From Akkermansiaceae bacterium (lineage in GTDB: Bacteria > Verrucomicrobiota > Verrucomicrobiia > Verrucomicrobiales > Akkermansiaceae), in assembly GCA_947491475.1 (NCBI GenBank), contig CANLKN010000002.1:6956-70955 (forward strand): DNA of 64,000 nucleotides, in the 5' to 3' direction. Below, piece by piece: positions 8,876 through 18,159 of the stretch (position 1 is the first letter of the stretch; each line of letters opens with the position of its first letter). The notes beneath the pieces are model-generated. The model was not told the DNA's origin. It saw only the letters and a list, made by a program, of their open reading frames with translations, and searched no databases. The translations under genes were made by a program, and so were the position numbers.

Positions 8876-10099
8876 ATGGCCCTCATCGTCCAAAAATACG
8901 GCGGCACTTCCGTCGGCACCCTTGATCGTATCCGCAACGTCGCCGCTCGCATGAAGCGTGTCCGCGACGAGGGCAACCAGGTGGTGGCCGTGGTCTCCGC
9001 GATGTCCGGCATCACCGACGGCCTGATCAAGATGGCCAGGGACCTCTCGGGAAACCCGAGCGAGCGCGAGATGGACGTGCTGCTGGCCACCGGCGAGCAG
9101 CAGTCGATCGCGCTGGTCACCATGGCGCTGCAAGACCTCGGTGTGGAAGCGGTTTCCATCACCGGCCGCCAGGCGGGCATCCAGACGACCGGCTCACACA
9201 CCCGCGGCCGAATCCTCAACATGGACCCCTCGTTGATGCGGAAATACCTGGCTGAGGGCAAATCCCTGGTGGTCGCCGGGTTTCAGGGTGTCACGCCGGA
9301 CGGCATGATTCACACACTTGGCCGCGGTGGCTCGGACCTCACCGCCATCGCCGTGGCCGCCGCCCTCAAGGCGGATGTCTGCCAGATCCTCACCGACGTG
9401 GACGGCGTTTACACCTGCGATCCGCGCATCGTCAAAAACGCCCGCAAGCTGCCCGAGATTTCCTATGATGAAATGTTGGAGATGGCATCGTCCGGCTCCA
9501 AGGTCATGCAATCGCGCTCCGTCGAATTCGCCAAGAAATTCGGCGTCGTGTTCGAAGTCCGCTCCTCACTCAACGACAACCCCGGCACCCTCGTGTTAGA
9601 AGAACATCCCAACATGGAAAACGTCGTCATCCGCGGCGTATCGATCGAGCGCTCCCAGGCGCGCCTCACTGTCATCGGCATTCCCGACGAGCCCGGCATG
9701 TCCGGCAAAATCCTCGGTGCCCTTGCGGATGCGGAGATCAACCTGGACATGATCATTTCCAACATCGCGCACGACGGCTTCGCCCGCCACTCGTTCACGA
9801 TGCACAGCAGCGACCTCGGCAAGGCGCAGGCCGCGCTCAAGCCGTTGCTCTCGGAGCTGCCTAACTCAAAACTCGAGACCGAGGCCGGCATTGCCAAGCT
9901 TTCCGCCGTGGGCATCGGCATGCGCTCTCACTCCGGTGTGGCCGCCACCATGTTCAAATCACTCGGCGATGCGGGCATCAACATCGGCATGATTTCCACC
10001 TCGGAAATCAAGATCGCCGTGACGGTGGACGAGACCCGCATCGAGGACGCCGCCCGTGCAGTGCACGACGCCTTCGGGCTCGACAAGGCCCCGGCTTGA
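8876..10099 (+). CDS. lysC: Aspartate kinase
   Basis: MALIVQKYGGTSVGTLDRIRNVA... N-terminus from the ATG at 8876. Kinase core plus two ACT-like C-terminal repeats. Confidence 0.92.
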   Translation: MALIVQKYGGTSVGTLDRIRNVAARMKRVRDEGNQVVAVVSAMSGITDGLIKMARDLSGNPSEREMDVLLATGEQQSIALVTMALQDLGVEAVSITGRQAGIQTTGSHTRGRILNMDPSLMRKYLAEGKSLVVAGFQGVTPDGMIHTLGRGGSDLTAIAVAAALKADVCQILTDVDGVYTCDPRIVKNARKLPEISYDEMLEMASSGSKVMQSRSVEFAKKFGVVFEVRSSLNDNPGTLVLEEHPNMENVVIRGVSIERSQARLTVIGIPDEPGMSGKILGALADAEINLDMIISNIAHDGFARHSFTMHSSDLGKAQAALKPLLSELPNSKLETEAGIAKLSAVGIGMRSHSGVAATMFKSLGDAGINIGMISTSEIKIAVTVDETRIEDAARAVHDAFGLDKAPA

Positions 10100-10132
10100 G
10101 CTGGTGCATGTGGACACAGACACCGTCTTTTT

Positions 10133-10167
10133 ATTGCACCTTTTGAAATTGGTGCGAATTTTGCACC
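10133..10167. promoter_or_regulatory. Candidate operator/promoter of the toxin-antitoxin pair (TTGCACC direct repeat with an imperfect inverted copy GGTGCGAA)
   Basis: The sequence ATTGCACC-TTTTGAAATT-GGTGCGAATT-TTGCACC lies 45-80 nt upstream of the antitoxin ATG, in an AT-rich spacer. Confidence 0.4.
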
Positions 10168-10210
10168 GAAATAGATTGCTGCGCCGGAGACCTGCAAGTA
10201 GGGTGAAGGC

Positions 10211-10525
10211 ATGAGGAAATTGCCAACCAAACCCTCGCACGGTCGTCCTAAAGAGGAGCCAACCGTGCGCATCAGTCCACGTTTTCCGGCATCCACTGCC
10301 GGATTGCTGGAGCGTGCATCGGCACTGCGCGGATTGACCGTCACCGGCTTCGTGTTGGAAGCGGCTCGAACCGCGGCCGAACGCGTGATCGCCGAGGAGT
10401 CCCGCTGGCAGCTCGACGAAGAAGAAACCCGGGAGATGATGCGGCTATTGTCCAATCCGCCGAAACCGAACTCCGCCGCCCGCAAAGCCGAAGCACTTGC
10501 CGCCGATGTCACCATTCGTTCTTGA
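10211..10525 (+). CDS. DUF1778 (TacA/KacA-like, RHH) antitoxin
   Basis: ISPRFPASTAGLLERASALRGLTVTGFVLEAARTAAERVI...LLSNPPKPNSAARKA matches the DUF1778 pattern. It overlaps the downstream GNAT gene by 20 nt. Confidence 0.8.
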   Translation: MRKLPTKPSHGRPKEEPTVRISPRFPASTAGLLERASALRGLTVTGFVLEAARTAAERVIAEESRWQLDEEETREMMRLLSNPPKPNSAARKAEALAADVTIRS

Positions 10526-11012
10526 GTTGCTTGATGCTTCACATGACCGGAAATCGTTTTCATCCGGGCTTGCATCGGTGGACGACTATTTGAAGCAAAC
10601 CGCCCGCGGCCATACCGACAAGGGCGTTAGTCTCACACGCGTGTTGGTGGTGGCGGATTCGATGGCACCCAAACCGATTCTTGGATTCTTCACCCTCACG
10701 CCATGCATGGTCGAGGCCGCCGGTTGGCCGGAAGTGCCAAAAGGACTGCCACGCAATCCGGTGGGCGCTGTTTTGCTGGGCAGGCTGGCGGTGGATGCAT
10801 CGATGCACGGCCATGGCATCGCGACCCGCCTCCTGGCGCTGGCGCGCCGCATCGCGGCCGGCTCGTTGCTGGCGACGGGCGGCATCGGAATGGTGGTTGA
10901 TGCCGCCACGGTGGAACTGGTCGGGTTCTACCAACGATACGGATTCCGAAGCATTGCGGAGGACTCAATGCGGTTGTTCCTGCCAACCCGCTCCTTGATC
11001 ACAGATCCTTAG
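10506..11012 (+). CDS. GNAT-family acetyltransferase toxin (TacT/AtaT/KacT-like)
   Basis: The N-terminus LLDASHDRKSFSSGLASVDDYLKQTA is typical of DUF1778-partnered GNAT toxins. GNAT core LGRLAVDASMHGHGIATRLL. About 168 aa from the ATG at 10506. Confidence 0.8.
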   Translation: MSPFVLELLDASHDRKSFSSGLASVDDYLKQTARGHTDKGVSLTRVLVVADSMAPKPILGFFTLTPCMVEAAGWPEVPKGLPRNPVGAVLLGRLAVDASMHGHGIATRLLALARRIAAGSLLATGGIGMVVDAATVELVGFYQRYGFRSIAEDSMRLFLPTRSLITDP

Positions 11013-11053
11013 GAATGGAAGGCTTGATCCTTTACTCATACGCTGCGGGCCTC

Positions 11054-12427
11054 TCACCTCACTCTCTCCAACAACCACGGCAGCAGCGCATCGATCTTCA
11101 TCCGCTCCTGTTCCATTGAGTCGCGGTGGCGGATGGTCACGGTATCCTTGAGTTCCTCGCCGTTTTCGCCGAGCGTATCGAAGTCCACCGTCACGCAGAA
11201 CGGCGTGCCCACCTCGTCCTGGCGGCGGTAGCGGCGGCCGATCGCTCCGCCGTCGTCGTAGAAAACGGGCATCCACTTTTGCAGCGATTTCTGGATTTCC
11301 CTGGCGATACGCACCTGCTCCTCGTTCTTCTTGAGCATCGGGAAAATGCCCACCTTGATGGGAGCCATCGCGGGCTTGAAGCGCAGCACGGTGCGGATGT
11401 CCTCCTTGCCCTTGTCGTCCGTTAGAGTCTCTTCATCGAAGGCCTCGCAAATGAGAGCGAGCACCGTGCGGTCGCAGCCGGCGGAGGGCTCCACCACGTG
11501 CGGGAGAAACTTCTGTTTGGTTTCCTCGTCGAAGTATTCGAGCGGCTTTCCCGCGCCATTCTGGTGGACCTTGAGATCGTAGTTGGTGCGGTAGGCCACG
11601 CCTTCGAGCTCCTGGATGCCGAAAGGAAACTCATACTCGATGTCATAGGTCTTCTTCGAGTAGAACGCACGCTCGCCATCGGGCACGTCGAGGATGTGGA
11701 GTTTTTCGCGCGGGATGCCGATTTCCTCATAGAAATTGAGGCGCGTTTCCAACCACTCGTCGGTGAGGCGCATGCCGTCGTCCGGGTGGCAGAAGTATTC
11801 GATCTCCATTTGCTCGAACTCGCGCGAGCGGAAGGTGAAATTGCGCGGGTTGATCTCGTTGCGGAACGACTTGCCGACCTGGGCGATACCGAAGGGCAGC
11901 TTGATCCGGTTGGAATCGAGCACGTTCTTGTATTGCACGAAGATCGACTGTGCGGTCTCCGGGCGCAGATAGGCGATTTGTTCGCCGGTGGCGCCGAAGT
12001 TGGTCTGCAGCATCAGGTTGAACTGGCGCGGTTCGGTGAGTTCGCATTTCGGCGACTGGCCGGGGCAGACGCTGGGTTTCTCCTTGCACTGGGAGGTTTC
12101 CAGATTGTCCGCTCGGAAGCGGCCCTTGCAGGTCTTGCAATCGACCATCGGATCGGAAAACCCGCCGACGTGGCCGGAGGAAACGAGCACTTGCTCCATG
12201 GTCAGGATGGAGCCGTCCATGCCGAGCACGTCATCGCGCTCCTGCACGGTCTTGCGCCACCAGTAGTCCTTGAGGTTGCGCTTGAGTTCGGCACCGAGCG
12301 GGCCGTAATCCCACACGCCGTTGAGGCCGCCGTAGAGCTCGCCAGCTTGGAAAATGAAGCCGCGGCGTTTGCACAGCGATACGATTTTCTCCATGCGGGC
12401 GGGATCGGTGACGTCTTTGTTGGCCAT
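11054..12427 (-). CDS. glyQS: Glycine--tRNA ligase (dimeric class II type)
   Basis: MEKIVSLCKRRGFIFQAGELYGGLNGVWDYGPLG plus class II motifs and an anticodon-binding C-terminus. The likely start is MANKDV at 12427. Confidence 0.92.
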   Translation of the reverse strand: MANKDVTDPARMEKIVSLCKRRGFIFQAGELYGGLNGVWDYGPLGAELKRNLKDYWWRKTVQERDDVLGMDGSILTMEQVLVSSGHVGGFSDPMVDCKTCKGRFRADNLETSQCKEKPSVCPGQSPKCELTEPRQFNLMLQTNFGATGEQIAYLRPETAQSIFVQYKNVLDSNRIKLPFGIAQVGKSFRNEINPRNFTFRSREFEQMEIEYFCHPDDGMRLTDEWLETRLNFYEEIGIPREKLHILDVPDGERAFYSKKTYDIEYEFPFGIQELEGVAYRTNYDLKVHQNGAGKPLEYFDEETKQKFLPHVVEPSAGCDRTVLALICEAFDEETLTDDKGKEDIRTVLRFKPAMAPIKVGIFPMLKKNEEQVRIAREIQKSLQKWMPVFYDDGGAIGRRYRRQDEVGTPFCVTVDFDTLGENGEELKDTVTIRHRDSMEQERMKIDALLPWLLERVR

Positions 12428-12578
12428 GAATTTGAGGGATGGGCGCGGATGGAAACAGGCGGCGCGGCCCGCGGCAAGGCGCGATTCATCCAGCATTTGG
12501 CCCTTTGCCCCGCAGACGATGAATTCCATGGTGAATTCCATGGTTGGCGGATCTGCCGCTTGGCGCTATCTTTCCCGC

Positions 12579-13145
12579 ATGCCAGCCGACCCCTCGAAAT
12601 CCGATTCCCCGGTGCTCTTGCGCGGGAGTCTCCTGATTGCCGATCCCTCGTTGCGGGACGGCACTTTTGACCGCTCGGTGATCCTGCTCACCTCGCACGG
12701 AGTCGAGGAGGGAGCCGCCGGCCTGATCCTCAACCACCCGACCGGCAAGGTGGTGGGCGATTTCCTGAAAGGGGAGGAATTTACGTCGCTGCGGCATCTG
12801 GCGGTGCATGAAGGCGGGCCGGTCATGCGCGAACAAATGACATTTTCCTCATTCTGGTGGAGCCGCAAACTCGGGCTGCGCTGGGCGATGCGCATCTCCG
12901 CCAAACAGGCGGCCGAGCACGCCCACAAGCCCGGCCGCATCGTGCGCGCCTTCATCGGCTACTCCGGATGGAGTCCCGGCCAGCTCGAAAACGAGCTCAA
13001 GCGCCAGTCGTGGTTCCCCGTCAAACCGCAGTCCAGCCTGCTCGGCCAGGCGCACGATCTCAGCCTGTGGGCTGAACTGCTGCGCGGCATGTCGCCGCTG
13101 CACCGCATCCTGGCAGAGGCCCCGCAGGATCCTTTCCTAAATTGA
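12579..13145 (+). CDS. YqgE/AlgH family protein (UPF0301)
   Basis: LLRGSLLIADPSLRDGTFDRSVILLTSHGVEEGAAGLILNHPTGK. ATG at 12579. Confidence 0.85.
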   Translation: MPADPSKSDSPVLLRGSLLIADPSLRDGTFDRSVILLTSHGVEEGAAGLILNHPTGKVVGDFLKGEEFTSLRHLAVHEGGPVMREQMTFSSFWWSRKLGLRWAMRISAKQAAEHAHKPGRIVRAFIGYSGWSPGQLENELKRQSWFPVKPQSSLLGQAHDLSLWAELLRGMSPLHRILAEAPQDPFLN

Positions 13146-13226
13146 CCGGGAATGCGGGATTGCCGCGCGCGCTTTCCGCGCCTTCACTGCGTGCCGCCGC
13201 GTTTCCAGAAAATCCATCCTCATTCC

Positions 13227-14432
13227 ATGTCCGCCACCGAGAGCCTGTTCAGTCCCATCGATGAAATCATCGCCGAAATCGCCGCCGGCCGCATGGTGGT
13301 CTGCGCCGATGATCCATCGCGCGAAAACGAGCTCGACCTGATCTGCGCCGCCTCATTGTGCACCGCGGAAATGGTCAATTTCATGGCCGTCCACGGCCGC
13401 GGGCTGATCTGTGCGCCGCTGCCCGCACCGCGCACCGAGGAGCTCGACCTGCCGCAAATGACACGCCGCAACCACGAGGGCCAGAAAACCGCCTTCACCG
13501 TGAGCGTGGATGCCGCCAAGGGCATCACCACCGGCATTTCCGCCGCCGACCGCGCCCACACCCTGCGCCTGCTCGCAGACCCCGCGGCCCATGCCGATGC
13601 CTTCGTGCGGCCCGGCCACATTTTCCCGCTGCGCGCCATGCCCGATGGCGTGCTGCGCCGCGCCGGCCACACCGAGGCCTCCATCGACCTCACCCGCCTC
13701 GCCGGCCTGCCCGAAGCCGCCGTGATTTGTGAAATCATCAACGACGACGGCACCATGGCCCGCGTCGGCGACCTCGCCGCCTATCAGAAACGCCACGGCT
13801 TCAAGGCCTGCACCATCGCCCAGCTCATCGAATACCGCCGCCGCCGGGAAAAACTCGTGGTGCGCGAGGAAACCGTCCAAATGCCCACCGACTTCGGCGA
13901 GTTCGACTGCCATCTCTACCGCGTGTCCACCGATGGCAGCCATCACCTTGCCTTAAGCCGGGGTGACATCGATCCGGAAAAACCCACGCTCGTCCGCGTG
14001 CATTCCGAATGCCTCACTGGCGATGTGTTTCACTCACAGCGCTGCGACTGTGGCGGCCAGCTTGCCGCCGCGCTCGAGCACATCTCCAAGGAAGGCGGAG
14101 TTTTATTATATCTCCGCCAGGAAGGCCGTGGCATCGGACTGCCCGCCAAAATCCACGCCTACAAACTCCAGGAGCAGGGACTCGATACCATCGAAGCCAA
14201 TGAAAAACTCGGCTTCGCCTCCGACCTCCGCGACTACGGCATGGGCGCGCAGATCCTCTGCGATCTGGGTGTGCGCCGCATGCGGCTGCTCACCAACAAT
14301 CCGAAAAAAGTCATCGGCCTCGATGGCTACGGGCTGGAAATCGTCGAGCAACTCCCGATTTCCCTGCCTGCCAATCCACACAACGAGAGATATCTGGAAA
14401 CCAAGCGCACCCGCATGGGCCACACGATCTGA
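13227..14432 (+). CDS. ribBA: Bifunctional 3,4-dihydroxy-2-butanone-4-phosphate synthase / GTP cyclohydrolase II
   Basis: The DHBP synthase half reads IAAGRMVVCADDPSRENELDLI. The GCH-II half reads LVRVHSECLTGDVFHSQRCDCG. ATG at 13227. Confidence 0.92.
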   Translation: MSATESLFSPIDEIIAEIAAGRMVVCADDPSRENELDLICAASLCTAEMVNFMAVHGRGLICAPLPAPRTEELDLPQMTRRNHEGQKTAFTVSVDAAKGITTGISAADRAHTLRLLADPAAHADAFVRPGHIFPLRAMPDGVLRRAGHTEASIDLTRLAGLPEAAVICEIINDDGTMARVGDLAAYQKRHGFKACTIAQLIEYRRRREKLVVREETVQMPTDFGEFDCHLYRVSTDGSHHLALSRGDIDPEKPTLVRVHSECLTGDVFHSQRCDCGGQLAAALEHISKEGGVLLYLRQEGRGIGLPAKIHAYKLQEQGLDTIEANEKLGFASDLRDYGMGAQILCDLGVRRMRLLTNNPKKVIGLDGYGLEIVEQLPISLPANPHNERYLETKRTRMGHTI

Positions 14433-14473
14433 TGCGCGCGGTGACGCGCTGGATCGGGGAATTGGAAATAGGA

Positions 14474-15856
14474 TCAGGTATCGATGAAGAACTTCTGCAA
14501 CGTCTGCGCCAATGCTTCCTTGCGAAGCGGCTTGGGCAGAAAGCCATTCATGCCGGCAGCCAAGCAGAGTTCCACATCGTATGGCTGGACATTGGCAGTG
14601 AGCGCAATGATCGGCACCGGGCGCAGCCGCTGAGCGCTCTGGAGCCGGCGGATTTCGCGGGTGGCATCGAAGCCATCCATCACCGGCATTTGGCAGTCCA
14701 TCAGGATCAACTGGTAGCCATCGTCCGCCGCGCGGGCCACCGCCTCGGCTCCGTTGCAGGCGAGCTCCACGGTCACTCCCAACTGCTCGAGCATCAGCCT
14801 CACGACCGTCCGGTTGGTCTCGTTGTCCTCTACGACCAATACCCGTCCGATGAGTTGCTTCATTTTCTGGGAAGCGGGCGGAGCGACGACTGCTTCCGGC
14901 GGTGGCGCAGCGAGAGGCAGCGGCAATGAGAAATGGAATTCAGAACCACCTTCCACACAGTTGCGGGCCGAAATTTCGCCTCCCATCAATTCCAACAGCG
15001 AGCGTGAAATCGCCAAGCCGAGCCCGGTGCCATCATGGCGGCGTTTGGAGGAGTCGTCACCTTGGCTGAACGGCTCAAAGATCTGGGTGAGCAGGTCGTC
15101 CGAAATACCGATGCCGGTATCCGCAACCGTCACTTTCAACAGGATGCCAGGCTCCACACCGACGGATGGTGCACTCTCCACGCGAACGGCGACCCACCCG
15201 TTGTCGGTGAACTTGATCGCGTTGCCGATCAGATTGATGAGGATCTGGCGCAGACGACCCGCATCACCGAGTAGCCACTCCGGCAGGTCCGGCGGTAGAG
15301 TCACCTCGAACGCAAGATCTTTGGCTTCCGAGCGGATCCTCATCAGTGCGGCCACCGCACGGAACAACGGTTCCAATTGGAATTCACTGTGTTCGATGCT
15401 TACCTTGCCAGCCTCGATTTTTGATAGGTCGAGAATCTCGCCAATCACGTCGAGAAGCGCGGTCGCGGATTTATCCGCGTTGATAACGAGTTGTTGCTGC
15501 TCCTCGGTCAGCGGGGTGTCGCGCAGGATTTGCAGCATGCCCAGCACACCGTTCATGGGCGTGCGGATTTCATGGCTCATGTTGGCCACGAAAATGCTTT
15601 TGGCACGGCTGGCGGCCTCCGCATGTTCGCGGGCCATGCGCTGGAGATTGCCGGCTTCGATCAACTGCTGCTCCAGTTCCTTTTGCTGGCTCATGTCGAA
15701 GTGGGTGCCTACGAACCGATGGACCTTGCCGTCCGCACTGCGCAGCGCCCGGCCGCGGGCGAGGATCCAGACATAGTGGCCCGCTTTTTTTGCTCTTTGT
15801 ATTTCTGATTCCTTGCTCCAGCAAAGCCGAAGTTGGAATTCAAACCACCACTCCAA
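14474..15856 (-). CDS. Hybrid sensor histidine kinase/response regulator, 5'-truncated (only the tail of a PAS domain remains; the first ~24 codons are encoded by foreign low-GC DNA)
   Basis: H-box HEIRTPMNGVLGM. HATPase boxes DTGIGI and GTGLGLAI. C-terminal receiver VLVVEDNETNR...LILMDCQMPVMDG. Native sequence seems to begin near 15785 (AGHYVWILARG...). No sensor or transmembrane region remains. Confidence 0.75.
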   Translation of the reverse strand: MEWWFEFQLRLCWSKESEIQRAKKAGHYVWILARGRALRSADGKVHRFVGTHFDMSQQKELEQQLIEAGNLQRMAREHAEAASRAKSIFVANMSHEIRTPMNGVLGMLQILRDTPLTEEQQQLVINADKSATALLDVIGEILDLSKIEAGKVSIEHSEFQLEPLFRAVAALMRIRSEAKDLAFEVTLPPDLPEWLLGDAGRLRQILINLIGNAIKFTDNGWVAVRVESAPSVGVEPGILLKVTVADTGIGISDDLLTQIFEPFSQGDDSSKRRHDGTGLGLAISRSLLELMGGEISARNCVEGGSEFHFSLPLPLAAPPPEAVVAPPASQKMKQLIGRVLVVEDNETNRTVVRLMLEQLGVTVELACNGAEAVARAADDGYQLILMDCQMPVMDGFDATREIRRLQSAQRLRPVPIIALTANVQPYDVELCLAAGMNGFLPKPLRKEALAQTLQKFFIDT

Positions 15857-16782
15857 AATCTACTTTTGAAATCAATGGATCATTCGCGCAAAAAGTCACC
15901 ACGGTCACAGCCAACACGACTTTAACCATCGATAACGGCATTGTGATTTGCAATAATGCAGCAACCGCAATCACCATCACATTGCCGACTGCGGCTGGAA
16001 TCGACGGTCGGATTTACACCATTAAAAGGAATGCCGCCAGCACTGCGAATGTCACCATTGATGTGGCTGGCGCGGGCACCATTAATGGTGCTGCAAATTT
16101 AACTTTAATGACTGCCGGGCAAACCGAAACCATTTTCAGTGATGGCGCTGAATGGAAGTCGTTGAGCAACGATGCCTTTGGCGGAGCAACTGGACACACC
16201 AAATTCGAGGCGGATGGAACCATGGTATCGAATGGTGCTGCCACCACATGGGACGATATCATGGTTTTCCCTGATGCCACAAGCAAGGGGGCCAGTGCAC
16301 CTACGAGGAAAGAATTTAAAAATAACGTTACTCTTTGGTGGTTTTCTGCATCGATTGTTCAGGATGTTCAGGAAGTTCATTTCACCGTTCAATTGCCACA
16401 TAGTTACAAAATAGGAACCCCTCTCGGGCCGCATGTGCACTGGACCACTACCACGGGAACGCCAAGCAATACAAACGGCAGGGTTGTTTGGGGCTTGGAA
16501 TACACGGTAATGTCGATTGGCGGAGCATTCCCAGCTACCACCACAATCACTGGCGACCAAGTCATCAGTACAATTTCAATCGCTAACACCGGGCAGCACC
16601 TGATTACCGCTTTGCCCCAAATTCCAAGCACAAACCTTGGCATCAGTGCGGTCCTCGTTTGCAGGTTGTTTCGAAATGCTAGTGCGACTGAGGATGATTT
16701 CGCCTCTCCTGCAGGATTGCTTGGGTTTGACATCCATTTCGAAAAAGACACTCAGGGCAGCAGAAATGAATTCATTAAGTAG
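15790..16782 (+). CDS. Hypothetical protein on a low-GC insert (N-terminal VGIQTTTPKSTFEINGS motif, reminiscent of Bacteroidetes/phage tail-fibre-like proteins)
   Basis: 330-codon ORF in a segment of about 38-43% GC (two lines counted) flanked by 60-70% GC. It has a TTG start and no upstream space: it overlaps the kinase ORF head-to-head by 67 nt. The family is not identified. Confidence 0.55.
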   Translation: MLFVFLIPCSSKAEVGIQTTTPKSTFEINGSFAQKVTTVTANTTLTIDNGIVICNNAATAITITLPTAAGIDGRIYTIKRNAASTANVTIDVAGAGTINGAANLTLMTAGQTETIFSDGAEWKSLSNDAFGGATGHTKFEADGTMVSNGAATTWDDIMVFPDATSKGASAPTRKEFKNNVTLWWFSASIVQDVQEVHFTVQLPHSYKIGTPLGPHVHWTTTTGTPSNTNGRVVWGLEYTVMSIGGAFPATTTITGDQVISTISIANTGQHLITALPQIPSTNLGISAVLVCRLFRNASATEDDFASPAGLLGFDIHFEKDTQGSRNEFIK

Positions 16783-17037
16783 TCCGTGGAACCCGTGTTG
16801 AATTGCTAGGATATTGCTTCTCGAGTGAAGGCGGATGTCAGAGTCGTTGGTCGGCCCTGATTACGTGATTAGTGCCATGATCGGTCAAATTCAGGGGCAT
16901 GGGAGCGGATTAGCCTGGTGGCCAGTCTGGTCAGCCTCGGCGTTGCTGCTCCCGGGGCTGCGCTTGACCTGAGCCTGGGCTTTGCCGACAGCTTGGCCGG
17001 CTTGACCAATGGTTCTCTCTATCTGCGCAAAGCGGGC

Positions 17038-17658
17038 TCAGCCAAACAATTCGCGGCACAAGAGGCATGATTTCCCATCGCAACCGCGCGCGGTGCAGTG
17101 TTCGCGGCCGTAGAAGATGATTTGGAGATGAAGCTTGTTCCATGACTCGCGCGGGAAGAGTTTTTTCAAATCGTGCTCGACCTGTTCGACGTTTTTGCCG
17201 GGGCTGAGTTTCCAGCGTTTGGCGAGGCGGTGGATGTGGGTGTCCACCGGAAACGCAGCCACACCGAAAGCCTGGGCCATCACCACGGAGGCCGTCTTGT
17301 GGCCGACGCCGGGCAACGCTTCCAGCGCCGCGAAGTCTGCGGGCACTTCTCCTCCGTGTTGCTCAACGATGATTTTCGAGAGCCCGGAAATCGCCACGGA
17401 CTTGCGCGGCGAAAGGCCGCATGGATGGATGATTTCGCGGATCTGCTCGACGGGCACTTTCATCATTGCGTGTGGATTGTCCGCCAGTGCGAACAACGCG
17501 GGTGTGACCCGGTTGACACGGACATCGGTGCATTGCGCGGAGAGCAGCACCGCGACGAGCAAAGTGTAGGCGTCCGTGTGGTCGAGCGGGATGGGCGTTT
17601 CCGGATAGAGTTGTTCGAGCCGGTGGTGGACGTGCCGGGCGCGTTCTTGCTTGAGCAT
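17038..17658 (-). CDS. nth: Endonuclease III
   Basis: HhH-GPD region LPGVGHKTASVVMAQAFG...FPVDTHIHRL. C-terminal Cys cluster CTARGCDGKSCLLC. ATG at 17658. Confidence 0.9.
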   Translation of the reverse strand: MLKQERARHVHHRLEQLYPETPIPLDHTDAYTLLVAVLLSAQCTDVRVNRVTPALFALADNPHAMMKVPVEQIREIIHPCGLSPRKSVAISGLSKIIVEQHGGEVPADFAALEALPGVGHKTASVVMAQAFGVAAFPVDTHIHRLAKRWKLSPGKNVEQVEHDLKKLFPRESWNKLHLQIIFYGREHCTARGCDGKSCLLCRELFG

Positions 17659-18159
17659 GGTGCGCAGTGTTTCCTGCCGCGGATGCCGTGAAAAGCGCGG
17701 AAATCGCAAGCCTCAGACATCATGATCTGGGAGGAAACGACATGAGCCGGGTTGGACAAGGTCATATCATTTCCTGGATGATGACCTCAACCCCGGTAGA
17801 GACCAGGATGTCTGAGCCTTCCACTGACTTGTGGCAACGCGGGCGGGATAACTTGCCGCCCGCCACCAAAGCGCATGCAGAGACATCCGCGTAGGGGACG
17901 AGCAGTAACAATACGCCCGGTTCCTCGCAGACCATCCGCCATGCTTCGATGGGGCCGTCGATGAAACGCAGGCCATGCAGTTCCTTGGGCAGTGCGGCAA
18001 GCACGGCGGGTTTGCTCTGGTCGGCAAGAGACCTGCGTCTTGGTATCGAATGAAAAGAAGTCGGTGCACTTCAGTAAAAACACGAGAAGCGAAAATAATC
18101 TAAATTCCGCGCATTTCTGCGTTTCCGCATTCCCGCATTTCGGGTTTCACTCCCGCCCC

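Noticed and set aside
13146-13226. FMN riboswitch upstream of ribBA, and similarly an M-box upstream of mgtE at 47374-47486.
   Set aside because: The spacers are only about 80 and 110 nt, shorter than either aptamer, and no conserved cores were seen.
16890-17037. Start-less open frame reading ISLVASLVSLGVAAPGAALDLSLGFADSLAGLTNGSLYLRKAGSAKQ at the right edge of the low-GC insert.
   Set aside because: It has no start codon and no recognisable family, and it is only about 50 codons long. It could be a gene remnant, but I cannot support it.
17762-18004. 80-aa ORF as a receiver-domain or Mth938-like gene.
   Set aside because: There is only loose resemblance over about 30 residues. The key acidic pocket residues cannot be identified, and three overlapping frames are all open here, as expected for GC-rich non-coding DNA.
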